Source: Ramazzottius varieornatus
Taxonomy: Eukaryota; Animalia; Tardigrada
DNA: 64,000 nucleotides
Assembly (NCBI GenBank): GCA_001949185.1
Contig: BDGG01000009.1
Span: 919,624-983,623 of the forward strand
Direction of reading: 5' to 3'
In this document: piece after piece, positions 61,419-64,000 of the stretch
How the letters are laid out: each line of letters starts with the position of its first letter
Numbering within the stretch: the stretch's first letter is position 1
Notes under the pieces: model-generated
Database searches by the model: none
What the model saw: only the letters and a program-made list of their open reading frames with translations
Told to the model about the DNA's origin: nothing
Position numbers and translations under genes: made by a program

Positions 61419-64000
61419 TGCTTACCTGATACAGCGAGGAACCCCGAGTTCTAAACTAGGCGGTAGGATGATCCGATTCTGAACACCTAAAGACAGAGTT
61501 CAAACGGAATGCTGGACTTGCAGGCTCCCTTCCAACAATGCAATCAGACTCCCAAGCCAGATCGATCCCAAACACTGATCCTTTCTTGTCACTGCTAACG
61601 CAAGGGTGCTCGGAAGCACCGCGTGCACTCCTCAACTTTTTGGAGCTGACGCTTGTATCCCATGGAATTTGACGGACCCGGAGACGAAAGCTGGCCAGGT
61701 CCGATGAAAGAAAACGAAAACAAGACCAAGATACATGGGGCTATGCCTGGTACGGACACTTGGAAAACAAGGCAGCCGATGTGCAAGTTCAACACCCTGA
61801 ACACCAAGCTTTTTGTGTCGGTAGACTACCAGCGTACTCACTGTGAGTACAGAACTTTAACTGGAGGATAAGGGAAGGGGTAACCCAAATTAACCAATAG
61901 ACAACTTTGAGAACTTCGAAATTGTGGAGATTAGCAGGTCGTAAAGGCCAACTTGGGAGAAGTAGCCCTGGCCGTTATTTTTTCAGGACGCACCGATGAC
62001 ACCAAGTTTGTCCCAGGCCTAGTATCGGCAGAGGAAGCTCTCCTCGGTGTTTTAATTTTTTTCTAAACAGATGGTTGGTATGTATCGCGAGCAAAGACAT
62101 GGAACCTAAAATACCCCCGAAACTGCCAGAAATCGTAAGGATTTTTTCGAGACTGCGGAAGTTGTACTGACCAGTGGTCATCAGCTGCGTTTCGGTGATA
62201 ATACCGCAGACCAGGCAATGAAAAAAGTTTGATTCAAACCGGGCAAAATGGAAATTATGGGGAGCAAAAAAGTATCGTATTGTACTCACAGTGAGTACGG
62301 TGGTAATCAAGGTGTTGAGTACGTCTCGCGCATGGCAAGGTTTGGCGGTACTGGTTGCTCACTCAGGCTTGTTGTCTATGGACGACATGCGCACCAAAAT
62401 CGCACAGAATTGTTAATCTTTATCCTGAGAATTCGAAAAGCTTTTGTGACGAACAAACATAGATAGAATAATCCTCCAGCAACATTTTAGGACATTTTAA
62501 GAATTTTTCTGACAGTCGCCGAATATACTTCGAATTATTGTCAATGTTTGGCAATGACCGCCAAACTGAGCCAGCACTGCATGCGGCCTACTGTAGCTCG
62601 GTCTGCGTGGCCCACAGTGTAGGCGCTCTGCATAGCAGGCTCAGTTAGCCTGCATCAGTTAGTTCGCCCTGTCTTCTCTTGCATCCCTCCCTCTACTCAA
62701 AACTTATTACAATCAACTCGATTTATCTCCCGCAACCGCCAAACTTTGCCAATCGCTTTATGATCATAACGCTTACCACATCGGGCAAGTGACGTAAAGA
62801 AGTAGACAGAGCCCCATATTGGGAGAGTCGGTACCAAGCATAGCCCCATATATCTTGACAAGACTAATGACCAATCTTTCCATTTCCTCCCGTATTCGGT
62901 AACGTGACAGACTGCGACGCAGGGAGGCTAGACAGGCGAATCAGACCGTGAGGTCAGCAGTGTAAGCTCGCCCAACTGGATTGTAACACCTTAGGGCTCA
63001 ACAAACCGAAACAACAAGCTGATTATCGAGCCGACGACTGTCCGTACTATCAGACGTAGACAATGGGCGGAGACGCCGTGTCTTCGATGCCATTTGAGAT
63101 CTTTTGTCAGCCAGATTTGGCCAGGTGTCAAACCCGCCTTCCGTTTGGCGTCCGATGTCGTCACTTTCCACTCTTGGTTTTCCTGGCCATCTTCTGCAAC
63201 AGCCCTCTTGTTCCCGGGTATCCCTCTTCCGTGTTTATCCTGCATTGTGTTGAACTCAAGAAAAATTCCTAGTAAGGTAAGCATATTCGTTGCAGGTGGT
63301 TTAGAGATGGAGGGAGATAGAGATGGCGTCAGTGCGTTACATGCAAAGGTTCTGAAATTTCATATGCTTGTTTCATAGTTAATCCGACAGCGTCGTCCTT
63401 TGGAACTCCGACCCAAAGTACCTGCTACAACAAGCTAAACAATTGTTTACGTGCGGAACGATGCTGCTCTAAATTCTGGTGAGTGACTAAGTGGGACTGA
63501 GAAGAATGCCGATGGAAATGGAATTGAAAGTGACCGAACAGATTTTGCGCTGCGCTACTCGATCCTTCCTGAAGGATATCCTTGCTTGCACTGTGTTTTA
63601 GTCCGATGATTGAAACCCCGCAGTCGAGACGGACATTATTAGACATTCCGGACCATCTGGCGTGTGTCGAAATTTAAATCCCTATTGAAATAGACTGACC
63701 ACAGTCGGCTATCGACAAGCTTCCTCTGTGCTTTGTCACCATCAGCCGGTTACGCTGCCTAAGCCTTCTCAATGAATTATTAACCCTCATCGTTTTTCTT
63801 CGTAGTTTCCATCCGACGATCCAGCCCTTTTGTCCCTGAAGAGAATACCTCTGCGGGACGGAAGCATTACAGAAATCATGGTAATCTCTCACCAGACTGA
63901 TGATATAAACTGAAGGTCGGCCCGTCGGGAGACAAACACGACGAGAATTTTCTCTCAACTGACGCACATTCCCATTGGACTTGGGCGAAAGACCGCGCTA

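Noticed and set aside
62991-63967. Broken minus-strand ORFs faintly like a retroelement ORF1 (GQIWLTKDL)
   Set aside because: Similarity is too weak and fragmented to call without a search.

Overview
Gene-dense, intron-rich eukaryotic (metazoan-type) DNA; I cannot name the species. I reconstruct 19 protein-coding genes: RCOR-like, two orphans, PUS7, SLC35B3, PDSS1, AP5Z1, ARGLU1, MED20, SLC7A6OS, NTE/PNPLA6, two convergent RASL10-like GTPases, TAF8, TMEM70, EIF3K, REV1, TACC and AIG1-like. The window also holds a decayed PIF/Harbinger transposase, several MITE-like inverted repeats, a ~660-bp foldback with 245-bp identical arms and a 50-N assembly gap. The dominant unexplained signal is one family of modular palindromic elements at about 43 loci (count by eye). 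Its structure is outer arms GAGCTCGGCAAACAAACTCGAC ... GTCGAGTTTGTTTGCCGAGCTC around 1-3 cores of CAAGTGGCGCAC-N25-GTGCGCCACTTG repeated at ~80 bp. About 36 copies lie inside introns and most of the rest lie between convergent 3' ends. None is in coding exons, the short bidirectional promoters or the gene-poor window ends. Copies are old and diverged yet keep the core and its 25-nt spacing, and they account for nearly every intron longer than ~130 nt. Gene models are manual GT-AG reconstructions and family calls come from remembered motifs, not database searches.
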